This document shows, in pieces, positions 27,195 through 40,909 of a stretch of DNA of 64,000 nucleotides. How positions within the stretch are numbered: the first letter of the stretch is position 1; each line of letters opens with the position of its first letter. The notes below the pieces were generated by a model that was not told where the DNA came from, searched no databases, and was given only the letters and a program-made list of their open reading frames with translations. The position numbers and the translations under genes are program-made. The DNA comes from Octopus vulgaris (lineage: Eukaryota). Location of the stretch: positions 62,186,001 to 62,250,000 of the forward strand of contig OX597830.1 of NCBI GenBank assembly GCA_951406725.2. Reading direction: 5' to 3'.

Positions 27195-27270
27195 GGTGGT
27201 GGTGGCGGTGGTAGTAGTAGTAGTAGTAGTGGTGGTGGTGGTGGTGGTTGTGGTGGTGGTGGTGGCGGTG

Positions 27271-27305
<35 letters not shown>

Positions 27306-27318
27306 GGTGGTGGTGGCG

Positions 27319-27364
<46 letters not shown>

Positions 27365-27960
27365 CAGCAGCAGTAGTAGTAGTAGTAGTAGTAGTAGTTG
27401 TTGATGTTTGGTTGTACTTATCCTCTTGTCCTCTGTTGAAAGTTGCATCACCAAAGGAGAAACCGTTTATGCTTTTACCGAATGCTGCAGATCTTTGTTT
27501 GATAATATTTCATTTATGGTCGCATCTGGATGTACTATAAATAGATGTTGGTCGTTAAGTTTTATATAAGAACCGGCGCTTAGGTCCATCGTTCTATGCA
27601 GGAAGTTGGCAAAGGCTAGATTGCTTTATATGGTTATTTTAGGATGTGGTATGATGGTTTTCATGAGTGTGCCGACTGCGCATCCATTCCTCGAATTAGC
27701 AACCATTATTTGGCCGATATCTTTGGGCGATCCCACACAAGTGTTGCTGGTTCTCTGTTCCAGCTGACTCAATATTCCACACACCTCGGCAACCTCGTAG
27801 TGTGATAGTTTCGAGCGTCGGATGCTACGAATGTATGGTTTTATGAAAGAGGTCTTGGATGGTAGGGGGTTATAGAAATCTTGTCAACTTGGACCAATTT
27901 GTAACGGCTTTTATCACCGTTCTGTTTGAATCTATTTAGGAGGGACAAAAATTGCTTTTA
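26400..27960 (-). pseudogene. Possible highly decayed RLE-type retrotransposon RT fragments split by a (GTA/GTG)n tract
   Basis: Weak motif resemblance only (RPTSIYS, LKPSPVKC). Confidence 0.3.
26756..27400. repeat. About 645-bp compound (GTA)n/(GTG)n microsatellite
   Basis: Directly visible; recurring GTG-run, GCG, GTA-run higher-order unit. Confidence 0.97.
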
Positions 27961-28179
27961 TTAACAGCATATCATTACAGGAAGAAGAGAAAGAAAAGAA
28001 AGAAAGAAATATTAACTGTATAAAAGATCAAATTATCGAGAGAAAAAAAGGCAGCAGGTATGGCTGCGTGGTAAGAAGTTCGATTCCCAACCACATGGTT
28101 CCAGGTTCAAGTGTCTTCAATTATAACCTCGGGCCGACCAAATCCTTGTGAGTAGATTTGGTAGACGAAATAAATCCTG

Positions 28180-28214
<35 letters not shown>

Positions 28215-28216
28215 TA

Positions 28217-28255
<39 letters not shown>

Positions 28256-28353
28256 GTATATGCATATATATATATACATACACCGGAGTAAACACATAAA
28301 TGTGAAACAAGGTGGAAAAAAGAGTACTCAAATACCAGAGGTAGAGTAATATG

Positions 28354-28461
28354 CTTTATTTAAAGCAGCAGAAATTTAACAAAAGCTGTTACTCCGAGTA
28401 ACAGCTTTTGTTAAATTAACAAATAGAAAATTTGTTAAATTTCTGCTGCTTTTAAATAAAG
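28354..28461. repeat. Foldback palindrome in a Penelope-like fragment
   Basis: 22-bp perfect arms around a 1-nt loop at 28395, with extended outer arms. Confidence 0.85.
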
Positions 28462-28493
<32 letters not shown>

Positions 28494-29892
28494 CATATAT
28501 ATGTGTGTATGTTTGTCTGACCTTGTACCTACCGCCCATCACCGCTTGACAACCAGTGTGGTGTGTGCTTACGTCCCCTAACCTAGTTGTTCGGCAAAAA
28601 AGACCGATATAATTAGTACCAGGCTTAAAAAATAAATCCCCGAGTCGTTTTGTTCGAATAAAAACTTTGAAGGCAGTGCTCCAACATGGCCGCAGTCAAA
28701 TGGCTGAAATAAGAAAAAGAATAGACATACATATGGCAGGCTTCTAAATCCACTCACAAGGTAGTGATTGGCTCGAGGCGAAAGCAGATAACAAAAATCA
28801 CTTGCCTAAGGTGTTACGCAGTAGGACTGAACCCGGAACCATATGATTTGATTAAGAAGAAAAGTTCTTACCACACAGCCACGCCCGCTGTTTCTCGACA
28901 TTTTTTCACACATCATTTGTTATTGTTAAACAAGAGTGAACGTCTACAGTAAATCATAATATTGAGTTCATCTGGTGTTATGAATGTGTACTTAGACGCA
29001 AAATGTATGGATTTACAGAAGAGCCAGGGAAGAAGCAGAACTAAAAACCGATGCCGTTGATATAAATCAATTTACATCGATCTATTCGAATCAATTTATC
29101 ACATTAGTAGTGTGGTAAATTGATTCGATATTTCACACGTTTAGTTTTGTGCAAAACTAAGAAGTTTCTGTTTTGTAGATTTTGCTCACCGGGCCTAACT
29201 TTGAATGAAAGCGCGTGGTCTGATGGTTGAGGTGTTGTACTCACGATCAAAAGTTAGTGGTTTCGATTCCCGGACAGGGCAGTGCGCCCTTTAAGTATTT
29301 TTTAATTTTGACACAAAACCAGTTCTTATTTTATCGACTCTAAAAGGATAAAAGGCAAAGTCGACCTCAGCGGAATTTGAACTCAGAGCGTAAAGACAGG
29401 CGAAATGCTGCCAAGTATTTTTGTCCAGTGCGGTCACGATTCTGCCAGCTCGCTGTTTAATTGAGTAAAGCACTTTGATTTCTCATTGCTCCAGTTCACT
29501 AGGCTGTAAATGAGTTTCAGAAATGACGAGCAAGCCGAGGCCCTTTCAGTGGCGAAAGTAACCTCAGCACCTGATATGCCACAGAAATAGTGACATAGCT
29601 AACAGAGGAACAAGGGGAGCGCGAGGTATTTCTCAAAATTGGTGCCTTTTATAAAATGTATAATAGATGAGTTAATTTTTTAGCATGTGTTACGGTACCT
29701 GTTTTTTATATGATCGCTCCCTGTAACTTTAGGACTTGGTTACATCCCTGCTTGAAAGCCAGATCAATCCTTAGCCTCATAAGTTTTTCATCTCATGAAT
29801 AACAAAGCATAGTCTAACGCTTACTGCCTCTATTTTACAAGTTTAATCATCCAACCTAGCAACGTGTTGTTGAAGACATTTTCTTGGCAATG

Positions 29893-30622
29893 TAGGCGTG
29901 CTGGCAGAAACGTTAGCACGCCGGGCGAAATGCTGAGCGGTATTCTATCTGCCGTTATGCTCTGAGTTCAAATTCCGCCGAGTTTGACTTTGCCTTTCAT
30001 CCTTTCGGGGTCGATAAATTAAGTACCAGTTACGCACTGGGGTCGATATAATCGACTTAATCCGTCTGTCTGTCCTTGTTTGTCTCCTCTGTGTTTAGCC
30101 CCTTGTGAGTAGTAAAGAAATAGGTATTTCGTCTGTTAAGTTAAGTTCTGAGTTCAAATTCCGCCGAGGTCGACTTTGCCTTTCATCCTTTCGGGTTCGA
30201 TAAATTAAGTACCAGTTACACACTGGGGTCGATATAATCGACTTAATCCGTTTGTCTGTCCTTGTTTGCCCCTTCTGTGTGTAGCCCTTTGTGGGTAGCA
30301 AAGAAATAAGAAAGGGTATTCAGCCAAGGAATATCTGCCTCAGCAAATTCTGTCCTACCCATGTAAATTTGGAAAAGTAAACATTAAAAAGATAACAATT
30401 GTAAGGCGGTGAACTGGCAGAATTGTTAGCACGTCAAGCAAAACGCCTAGCGGTATTCCGTCTACCGTTATGTTCTGAGTTCAAATTCTGCCGAGGTCGA
30501 CTTTGCCTTTCATCCTTTCGGGTTCCATTAAATAAGTACCAGTCACGCACTGGGGTCGATGTAATCGACTTAATCCCTTGTTTGTCCCCTCTATGTTTAA
30601 CCCCCTGTGAGCAATAAATAAA
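29893..30622 (+). mobile_element. SINE-A cluster (dimer 29893-30310, monomer 30404-30622)
   Basis: Family A consensus; dimer junction AAAGAAATA|GGTATTTCG. Confidence 0.9.
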
Positions 30623-30699
30623 AGATTGTAGTTTAGCTTTGCATTGTTTACACTTCGTTTTGTTGCTATTTGCTTTACACGTGAATATGTCAGTGTGGA

Positions 30700-31276
30700 A
30701 TTCTGCGTGGCCATGTCTTCAACCGCTCTATGTCACGCTGGTGAGACCCATATTGGAGTACGGGATTCAAGCCTCTTCTCCTTATCTCCTCAAAGACATA
30801 CAGCATCTCGAAAGAGTCCAGAAGCTGGCTACCCGCATGGTTCTTGGTCTCAAGCATTTGTCTTATGAAGAAAGGCTGAAGACGCTCGACCTTTATTCTC
30901 TAGAAAAACGACGATGCCGTTGTGATCTCATTCTTGCTCACAGCATCATAAGCGGAAAGTGTAACCCCTCGAAAGAGCTGTTCTTCACTCCTGCTCCAGA
31001 GCGTCGGCTGCGGGGTCACTCCGAAAAGCTCTATCTGCGACGATTTCATCTCAATCGAAGGAGAGGGGCTTTCTCCGTCCGGGTTGCGGATCCGTGGAAT
31101 AAGCTGCCGGACGAGATAGTGAAGATGCCGACGACTGCTCGGTTCAAAGTCTCTCTTGACCAGAAATGGCCTGAACTCTTTGCATGAACACCCTCCCTGT
31201 ACATAACTCCATGTCCCCCTACATGGCCTTGCTTTTTGCTTTTTGAGCCAAAAAATTAACTTAACTTAACTTAACT
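30700..31276 (+). mobile_element. 5'-truncated CR1-clade LINE
   Basis: LYVTLVRPILEYG...LERVQKLATRMV...SLEKRR..DLI...RGH...FSVRVADPWNKLP; short 3' UTR ending in (TTAAC)4. Confidence 0.92.
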
Positions 31277-31769
31277 CAGGATCGTAAAGGTCGTCGGTTC
31301 GATTCCTAGCAGCGTGTTGTGTCCTTAAGCAAAACATCTTTCACGCTGCTCAAGTCAACTCAACTGATAAAAATAAATAGAACCTGTATGTCGCATTTTA
31401 TGTCAGGCTGAATCTTCCTGAGAACTACGTTAAGGCTACGCGTGTCTGTGGAGTGCTCAGCCACTTGCACGTTAATTTCTCGAGCAGGCTGTTCCGTTGA
31501 TCTGGTCAACTGGTACACTTGTCGTCATAACCGACGGAGAACCAATATACGTCAGCGCAGAGATCTTCTTGTTTTTATGCTGTCGTGTTGTAAGTATTAA
31601 ATATGTCTTAACTCACCTCCTGTAAGTTATTTACATTAACCGCAAATATGAACATATGAACTTGTTTTGGGATAGTTTTATTGATTTCTAGCTTCTTGCA
31701 TCAATCACGGGAATTTTGCGGTTGTTTTCCTTAATTTCAAGTTGTTATTTTACAATATTCAATGCATGG

Positions 31770-31820
<51 letters not shown>

Positions 31821-32396
31821 CGCGTGCGCGTGTATAAACACACATACATATATAAACATATATTGGCATATGTGTATATATATATATATATATATGAGTA
31901 AAATTCCCGGTGAAGCGTTGTGTTCTTGAGCAAGACACTTTATTTCACGTTGCTCCAGTCCACTCAGTAGAGTAGTACCTGTATTTCAAGGGGACCAGAC
32001 TTGTCACACACTGTGTTATGTTGAACCTTCCTGAGAACTACGTTAAGGGTACGCATGTCTGAGGAGTGCTCAGCCACTTGCACATTGCACATTTATCTCA
32101 CGACCAAGCTGTTCCGTTGATCGGATCAGCTGGGACCCGCGTCGTCGTAAGCGACGGAGTGCTAGTTTATATATATATTTATTTTCCCAATTTATATTCC
32201 TGTATGTTATATATTTTAATAATTACTGGTATCTTTATATATTTTATATGTGAAGCATAATATGTTATACATGTATGTATATTCTTCTAATTGTCATTTT
32301 AGTAAATAAATAAATAAATAAATAAATAAATATATTGACATAATATAATGTCTAAAAGTTGATGAACCACCTATTGATCTCTTCCATTTTCTTATT

Positions 32397-32499
<103 letters not shown>

Positions 32500-33592
32500 C
32501 TAGAAAGAGGTAGAAACTGATCAGTCCGGGATATATCGTTAATGGTAAATGTTTTTGATTTTCACTCTCGATGAATTTATCCCTTTTTTGTGTCCCTAGC
32601 ACTTGGCATCCTTATTTGGGTGCCCTTAATTATATTTCTATATGAATAATATTTTGTCTAATGACTAATTCGTCTTTTGTGCTGGGCCACTGGTAGTAAT
32701 CTATGTTATTACCCTTTTTTGATTATATATATATGTATGTATATATATATATATATATTCCTTTCATGGTGAATCTTGTGATCTCACTCACTTATAGACC
32801 TTGAAAACAGGGTAACTGAGCCCAATGTCTCAACCGAAGGTTCTAGACAAGTTTTCTTTAAAAACAAATCTCCCGGTCTAGAGAGCGCGCTTTTCTTTGC
32901 TATAAAGATTTTTAGTAAAGACTAAATGTCTGGTTCTATCTTTGGATTCTCACTTCAACTGGGCATTTCTGCATTTGATTAAGCAGATAAAAGTAAAAAC
33001 AAAAAAAACCCAAGCCAATGGTAGAGCCTAAGTTTTCTGAGTGGGAACTTCCTGAAGATGTATTTTTCACCAGGAATTAAAGCTAATTCAGCGATCGTTC
33101 CACTTTCTGTTGGTTTCCGGTTTGTCGCAGTACTTATAACTTCACCCTTTCACGTATGTGTATAATTAAAGCGTGTTCGTTATATCCATGTGTATGTGTT
33201 TATGTGCATATGTTTGTGTGTGTTTGTGTGTGTGTGAGTGTGTGTGTTTACAAAAATATGTACACATTATGCAGAGTTATGTATGTATAGATACATTCAT
33301 ACATACATACATACATACATACATACATACATACATACATACATACACACACACATATATATAAATATGTATGATGTATGAATCAATGTGTGTGTATGTA
33401 TGTCAGTATATGTATGTATACATGTACTTATGTATGTATGTATGTATGTATGTATATCTCTCTCTCTCTGTTGGCCTGTGTTGTGGAATACATGAATACA
33501 CACACACACACACACATATATATATACATAGAGAGAGGGAGAGAGTGACAGACAGCGACCGAAATAGGTAGATAGATAGATAGATTGATACG

Positions 33593-33665
<73 letters not shown>

Positions 33666-34030
33666 CCATCAATAATTTAACATACGTATAAGCATACATA
33701 TGCATATGTGTGTAAATAAAGAGAGAGAGGAGGAAATGAATAACAACGAAATGGAAAAATGAAATGCTATAAATAGTGTGTGTGTGTGTGTACGTGCGTG
33801 TGTGTACGTGCGTGTGTGTGCGCGCATATACACACTTATATATATGTCTATAAATATGAAAGCAAGCTAATTGTTTGTGGAGTGGCAATGCTTTGAAGTA
33901 GGTTCCCGGCAGTCGTCGGGAAATAACAGAACATGGCGTAAGTTTACAGCGAAAAAGGAAGGGAAAATCCGATCATCCGCGGAAACTAGATTTGGTTGGA
34001 AAGAGAGATAGATAGATAGATAGATAGAGT

Positions 34031-34064
<34 letters not shown>

Positions 34065-34145
34065 GAGAAACAATTAGGCCAGAGAAAGGTTCCTATGAAG
34101 TTTTCCACTTACAACAGGAAAATTGTCTATTTCCCTGAAATGGCG

Positions 34146-34282
34146 AATATATGTACTTCTATACACACACACACTCTATTCATATATGTACTTCTATACA
34201 CACACACACTCTATTCATATATGTACTTCTATACACACACACACTCTATTCATATATGTACTTCTATACACACACACACTCT
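34146..34282 (+). repeat. 35-bp minisatellite, about 4 copies
   Basis: CATATATGTACTTCTATACACACACACACTCTATT repeated almost perfectly. Confidence 0.92.
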
Positions 34283-34365
34283 CACTCACGTGCACAAAGA
34301 CACACAGTGGAGGCTCAATGGCCCAGTGGTTAGGGCAGCGGACTCGCAGTCGTGGGATCGCGGTT

Positions 34366-34446
<81 letters not shown>

Positions 34447-34528
34447 TACAGGTATATTTTATATATAAGATATGTATAAACAAAGAGATGACACAAGAAA
34501 GACCATATGTTAAGTAATGAACCTCATT

Positions 34529-34609
34529 AGCTTACAGCTGTTTCTGCTATTGGATCTGGTGGACTCTTATTTGAGTACGAGGATAACATCCTATAGCTTC
34601 ATCAGAGCC
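34529..34609 (-). ncRNA. Type-I hammerhead ribozyme
   Basis: GGCT-CTGATGA-A-GCTATAGGAT...ATCCAATAGC-A-GAAA-CAGCTG-TA-AGCT; palindromic stem III ACAGCTGT. Confidence 0.85.
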
Positions 34610-34889
34610 GTGAATATGAAGTATACTTTATTTGGGTAAGTTTCATTTTCAGAACCGACAGGCGTTATGAGTGAGAAAGTTCATGTTGATGGCTATGGAA
34701 AGCTCTACCTCAACATCCCATTGCAGAAACAACTGTAAGCCATGAAGTTCATTAAATAACATTTGATTTTTTTCGTTTGTCATCGCTTTGTTTCTATTAG
34801 CACTCTATACTCATATATCACTGTGTTCTGGGCCATACGTATATTGAGTTCTACACCAAGTTATTAGTTATGCCTAAGTGAAATATACA

Positions 34890-35053
34890 TAGGCGTAGGA
34901 GTGGCTGTGTAGTAAGTAGCTCGTTTACCAACCACATGGTTCCGAGTTCAGTCCCACTGCGTGTCACCTTGGGAAAGTGTCTTCTACAATAGCCTCGGGC
35001 CGACCAATGCCTTGTGAGTGGATTTGGTAGACGGAAACTAAAAGAAGCCCGTC

Positions 35054-35144
<91 letters not shown>

Positions 35145-35348
35145 TGTTTTTGTCCCCACTCCAACATCGTTTGACAACTGATGCTGGTGTGTTTACGTCC
35201 CTGTAACTTATCGGTTCGGCAAAACAAAAAACAAAAAATGATAGAATAAGTACTAGGCTTACAAACACTAAATTCTGGGGTCGATTTGCTCAACTAAAGG
35301 CGGTGCTTCAGCATGGCCACAGTCAAATGACTGAAACAAGTAAAAGAG
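34890..35348 (+). mobile_element. SINE family B, full length
   Basis: tRNA-like head, CORE-like segment, (TA)n(TG)n, LINE-like tail. Confidence 0.9.
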
Positions 35349-36011
35349 TGTGTGTATATATATATATATATATATTACACACATGCGTGCGCACACAAAG
35401 ACACGATGACTTGCACGATGACTTCCGTATTCTTAAAACGTTCCGGCAGATTCGAACGCGGATATGAAAATCGCTGCGGTGTTTCCACACAGGAAACACT
35501 CGATTCATAGCGCAAGGAACTCTTAAACGTCCGCTATTTTGACATCAGTGTGTCTCGTCGGGCAGAGACATCCCCGGAGTAATGAACGAAAACTTTTGGC
35601 TGATCCGTGCCAATATTTGTCAACCGATGGTATTCGGTTATTTGCTCAGTGAATACCTTGCGCGGTTACTCTTAATTCATTCCGGCGGATTCGAACGCGA
35701 ATACGTTAATTGTTACTGTGTTTTGTCACGCACAGACAAACACGCACTCGTGCACATTCACTCACTATCTCTCTTTCTTTCTCCCTCTTTCTCTCTCTCT
35801 CACATACAGGCACACACATATAAAAGGACTCCGATGAACCGAGCTGATTCGTTGATTAATCGAATAAACGATTAATTAGATAGTTAACAAGTTGACTAAT
35901 AATAATAAAAGAAGTGAACTAGAATCAATGCGCGTGCCTAATATTGGCAATACATGGAACAAAATACATACGTGACACACAGGTCTTTGTATATGTGTGT
36001 ATCTCTCTCTC

Positions 36012-36050
<39 letters not shown>

Positions 36051-36134
36051 AACAATTGTAGTATTAAAAAATAAATGTTCAACCGTACTCCTTGTTGACT
36101 CTAATTTTTTTCAATGATACACACACACACCACA

Positions 36135-36201
<67 letters not shown>

Positions 36202-36546
36202 CGTGTGTGTGTATTCATAGACGGACACATAGCCAGCCACTATTTCGTTGAAAATAGGCCAAAGGAAGTTCCTGTCAATACGTATTATCATGATATGGGT
36301 CAAAGACGATGACTAAACAACGAGACAGAACACACCGACTCACGGTTCTAAGTTGTTGCATATGTACAGGTCAAAGGTTGCAGCTTGCTACGTATGTAGG
36401 GGGTCAAAGGTTAATGTAGTTGAGTGTGGAAGGGTCGAGAATGAGAGTTATTAAGAATATGCACGTGTCAAATGCAAATCTAATATAATCGGGAGATGCT
36501 GTTATGAGTGGTAAGTGTGAGTGTTGAGTGTTGGCGTTTATTATAT

Positions 36547-36960
36547 GTTTCTTTTCTACCCACAAGGGGCTAAACACAGAGGGGACAAACAAGGACAGAC
36601 AAACGGATTAAATCGATTACATCGACCCCAGTGCGCAACTGGTACTTAATTTATCGACCCCGAAAGGATGAAAGGCAAAGTCGACCTGGGCGGAATTTGA
36701 ACTCAGACCGTAACGATAGACGAAATACCTATTTGTTTACTACCCACAAGGGGCTAAACACAGAGGGGACAAACAAAGACAGACAAACGGATTAAGTTGA
36801 TTACATCGACCCCAGTGTGTAACTGGTACTTAATTTATCGACCCCGAAAGGATGAAAGGCAAAGTCGACCTCGGCGGAATTTGAACTCAGAACGTAACGG
36901 CAGATAAAATAGTGCTAAGCATTTCGCCCGGCGTGCTAACGCTTCTGCCAGCTCGCTGCT
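36547..36960 (-). mobile_element. SINE-A dimer
   Basis: Two units joined at GACGAAATACC|TATTT. Confidence 0.9.
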
Positions 36961-37990
36961 TTTCAGTGGGGAGTATCATATTGACACTCTTTCGGTTAAG
37001 GCAACAAGATTACCAGTTAATCCGATCATTAGAATCGCTGGCACGTGAAATCAACAAGCAAGTGGCTGAGTACTCCACAAAGCACGCGTACCCTTAACGT
37101 AGTTCTCAGAGAGATTCAGCGTGACACAGAATGTGACAAGGCTGGCCCTTTGAAATACAGGCACAAATTATTTTTGTCAGCTGAGAGGACTGGAGCAACG
37201 TGAAATAGAGTGTCTTGCTCAAGATTCCCTTGCTCAACGCGCCGCCTGGAATCGAACTCATGACCTCGTGATGCGAATACCTTAACCACTTAGCCTTCAC
37301 ATTGAGTGTAATAAAGGAAGACTCGGTTAGCTCAAGACAGGGTCTAGAAAGATGATGTTAGACTCTGCGAGACACATTTAGTACGGCGCCTTGTCCTTCT
37401 TCTCACTCGTCTTCATCGCATGTTCGGGGAGTTATTTCTGACCGTTTCATAGTCTAAAACATCTCGTGGCAACATTCAGTATATTGAGAGGCTGGAGTGA
37501 TGCAGATTTAGACATTCTCCAGTCAATAACAACAGCTGCAACAACTGCATCAACAGAAGAAACAATAACAACAACGACAACAATATCAACGACAACAATA
37601 AAAACAACAGCAACAACAATAACGGTAAGAAAAAAAAACCTGCAATTCTGTTGGAGATTTATCGATTTCCTTACAGTCATTTTTATCTTTTTACCCCATC
37701 TCCTCTTCTTCTCCTCTTCTTCTCCTCTTCCTCTTCCTCTCCTCTTCCTCTCCTCTTCTTCTCCTCTTCCTCTCCTCTTTCTCTTCCTCTCCTCTTCCTC
37801 TCCTCTTCCTCCTCCTCCACTTCCTGACTCATCTAGACGGACACACGCTTATGCTACTTGGTCCAGCCTCTCACACACTTCTATACTTACATACTATTCG
37901 GTCAACACACACACTTACACACACACACACACACACACATTGCTGGGGCAGCACATATAAACGCACATACTGTTCGAGCAACACACACAC

Positions 37991-38031
<41 letters not shown>

Positions 38032-38129
38032 CACATACGCGCACTGTTCGACCAATTCTGTTCGGCCAACATACCAACGTTCACATGCTTTCATGCTACT
38101 CGACCAATACACACACGCTCACACACGCA

Positions 38130-38183
<54 letters not shown>

Positions 38184-38465
38184 TTGCGCATACATTTACA
38201 TACCATTCGACAAACTCATATAGGCACACACAAACACATACACACACATACTCACACACATATACACACACACAAACACACTCATACTGACTAACACACA
38301 CATACACACACACATCATCATTGCTACTCTGTAACTGCTGATTATTTTTTCTGCGCATGTCCGATGCTTCTGCCTCTCATCTACCTCCAATCTCTTCTCC
38401 TCAGAAACTACCCAGCCATCAAACTACCCTCCAGCACTCAGCCCATCATTCACTATCACCCACTA

Positions 38466-38877
38466 TATTTCTTTATTGCCCACAAGGGGCTAAACATAGA
38501 GGGGACAAACAAGGACAGACAAACGGATTAAGTCGATTATATCGACCCCAATGCATAACTGGTACTTAATTTATCGACCCCGAAAGGATGAAAAGCAAAG
38601 TCGATCTCCGCGGGATTTGAACTCAGAATGTAAAGACAGACGAAATACCTATTCCTTTACTACCCACAAGGGGCTAAACACAGAGAGGACAAACAAGGAT
38701 AGACAAACGGATTAAGTCGATTACATGACCCCAGTGTTTCACTGGTACTTAATTTATCGAACCCGAAAGGATGAAAGGCAAAGTCGACCTCGGCAGAATT
38801 TGAACTCAGAACGTAGCGGCAGACGAAATACCGCTAAGAATTTCGCCCGGTGTGCTAACGACTCTGCCAGCTCACCA
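38466..38877 (-). mobile_element. SINE-A dimer
   Basis: Two units joined at GACGAAATACC|TATT. Confidence 0.9.
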
Positions 38878-39423
38878 ACTTCTATCACCCATTTTAACTC
38901 CGGTACATTTTCCCACTATTGTACTTCGCTTGTTTCGCAAAGGGATTGAAACCTCGAAACGTTGATAAGTTCCCCACTGCACATGTCAGTTACGCTTATA
39001 TCTATTTCTGCCCAAGTTGCTTTGGATTGGAAATCTTAGTTTCTGCCAGCTTCGTAAGAATATTCTAATTCTTATAATGAAATTCACGGAGAAGAAATAT
39101 GTAAATGTAAACAAATGAACTCGTTCATTGACATTCACGTAATGAAGCAAAAAAAAGGGGGGGGGGTAATTAAGTTCTTTAAGATAAGATAAAAAGAAAG
39201 AAAAATGGAGGAAGGAAGCAGGAATGAAAGAGAGAAAGAAAGAAAGAAAGAAGGAAGGAAGGAAAAGAAGGAAGGAGGGAAGGCAGGAAGGGAGGGAGGG
39301 AGGAAGAGAGGAAGGAAAGGAGGAAGGGAGGAAGGGAGGAAGGGAGAGAGGGAGGAAAGGGGGAAGGGAGGAAGGGAGAGAGGGTGGAAAGAAGGGAGGG
39401 AGGAAAGAAGGAAGGAGGAAGGA

Positions 39424-39479
<56 letters not shown>

Positions 39480-40039
39480 ACGTATCTATTCATTCTCAAT
39501 ATGTTTTATCAGATTCGAATGTGAGTCGTTTTTCATCATCGGAGAATACCCTCCCCTTTGCATGTTGTGCATTCACAACACGTGATTCACTGGTGTAAGG
39601 GGACTTCGTAATACTGCAGCGCTTCGTCCTCTTTGTTTGTCTCTTCAGTCGAAGCTACTCCCTCGGGCCATTGAAGGGCAGGGGTACGAGCTCTTGTTTA
39701 AGAAATCACACAACAAATTATTTGCCGGTCCGTTCCGATGTCTAATAATTCATGAATGCATACAGAACAGTGGAAAATCCAAATAACAGTGTATGTATTC
39801 ATCCTTAATATTTTCTGGCATATTCGAACGTGAATACCCCTTCCATTTCGACCAGTGGGTCTCAACCATTTTTACCTGATTACAATTTTATTCTGGTGGA
39901 CCCCCATGTTTAAAAACTAATTTTATAGATACTTCTTTCAAAATTCCTATTTCGTTTGTCACCCGTCCATTTTGTGTAGGTTTACATAGAATTCTCTCTG
40001 AGAACATGTTTCAGTGGTCGGAAACATCTTGAACTATAT

Positions 40040-40428
40040 GGGATGGAAGCACTCCGTCGGTTACGACGATGAGGGTTCCGGTTGATCCGAATCAACGGAA
40101 CAGCCTGCTCGTGAAATTAACGTGTAAGTGGCTGAGCACTCCACAGACACGTGTACCCTTAACGTAGTTCTTGGGGATATTCAGCGTGACACAGAGTGTG
40201 ACAAGGCTGGCCCTTTGAAATGCAGGTACAACAGAAACAGGAAGTAAGAGTGAGAGAAAGTTGTGGTGAAAGAGTACAGCAGGGATCACCACCATCCCTG
40301 CCGGAGCCTCGTGGAGCTTTTAGGTGTTTTCGCTCAATAAACACTCACAACGCCCGGTCTGGGAATCGAAACCGCGATCCTATGACCGCGAGTCCGCTGC
40401 CCTAACCACTGGGCCATTGCGCCTCCAC
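40040..40428 (-). mobile_element. SINE family C, full length, long-tail variant
   Basis: tRNA-like head, 3' double hairpin tail, 12-bp TSD CTTGAACTATAT at 40028-40039 and 40429-40440. Confidence 0.93.
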
Positions 40429-40648
40429 CTTGAACTATATAAAATGCTAGAGAAACAACTTAGATGTTCCTTGCGATAAATAAATGTAAAGCAAAATTTT
40501 CCCTTTCACCCTTAAAATATTACTGTGGACCCACACTTTACTATTTTACTAGCGTTGACCTCTAAAGAACTTATATAGATCTCCAAGGACAATATGGACC
40601 CTGGTTTGGTTTAGATGATGAGCGTTCACACCCACACGCGATTCATCA

Positions 40649-40909
40649 GGTTAGCGTTAGGAATAGGGTTAGGGTTAGGGTTAGGGTTAGAGTTAGGATT
40701 AGGGTTACGTTAGGGTTAGGGTTTGGGTTAGGGTTAGGGTTAGGGTTAGGGTAGGGTTGGGTTGGGGTTAGGGTTAGGGTGAGGGTATGTTAGGGTTAGG
40801 GTTAGGGTAGGGTTAATGTAAGGTTAGGGTTAGGGTTAGGGTAAGGTTACGGTTAGGGTAGTGTTAGGGTTAGGGTAGGTTTAGGGTTAGGGTAGGGTTA
40901 GGGTTAGGG
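40649..40909 (+). repeat. Interstitial telomeric repeat (TTAGGG)n, about 260 bp
   Basis: Mostly TTAGGG with TAGGG and TTGGGG variants. Confidence 0.95.

Noticed and set aside
26587-27540. 317-aa poly-Val ORF and antisense poly-Leu/Pro ORF
   Set aside because: Trinucleotide microsatellite artefact
38929-38970. Hammerhead relics (also 25138, 32513, 41055, 48313, 55633)
   Set aside because: GAAA-like motif plus palindrome is present, but the 5' core is mutated or missing; not called as ribozymes
40350-40428. tRNA genes at SINE heads (also 3243, 3752, 47005, 59717)
   Set aside because: A/B boxes are present, but the acceptor stem is not closed and the heads continue into SINE bodies with TSDs
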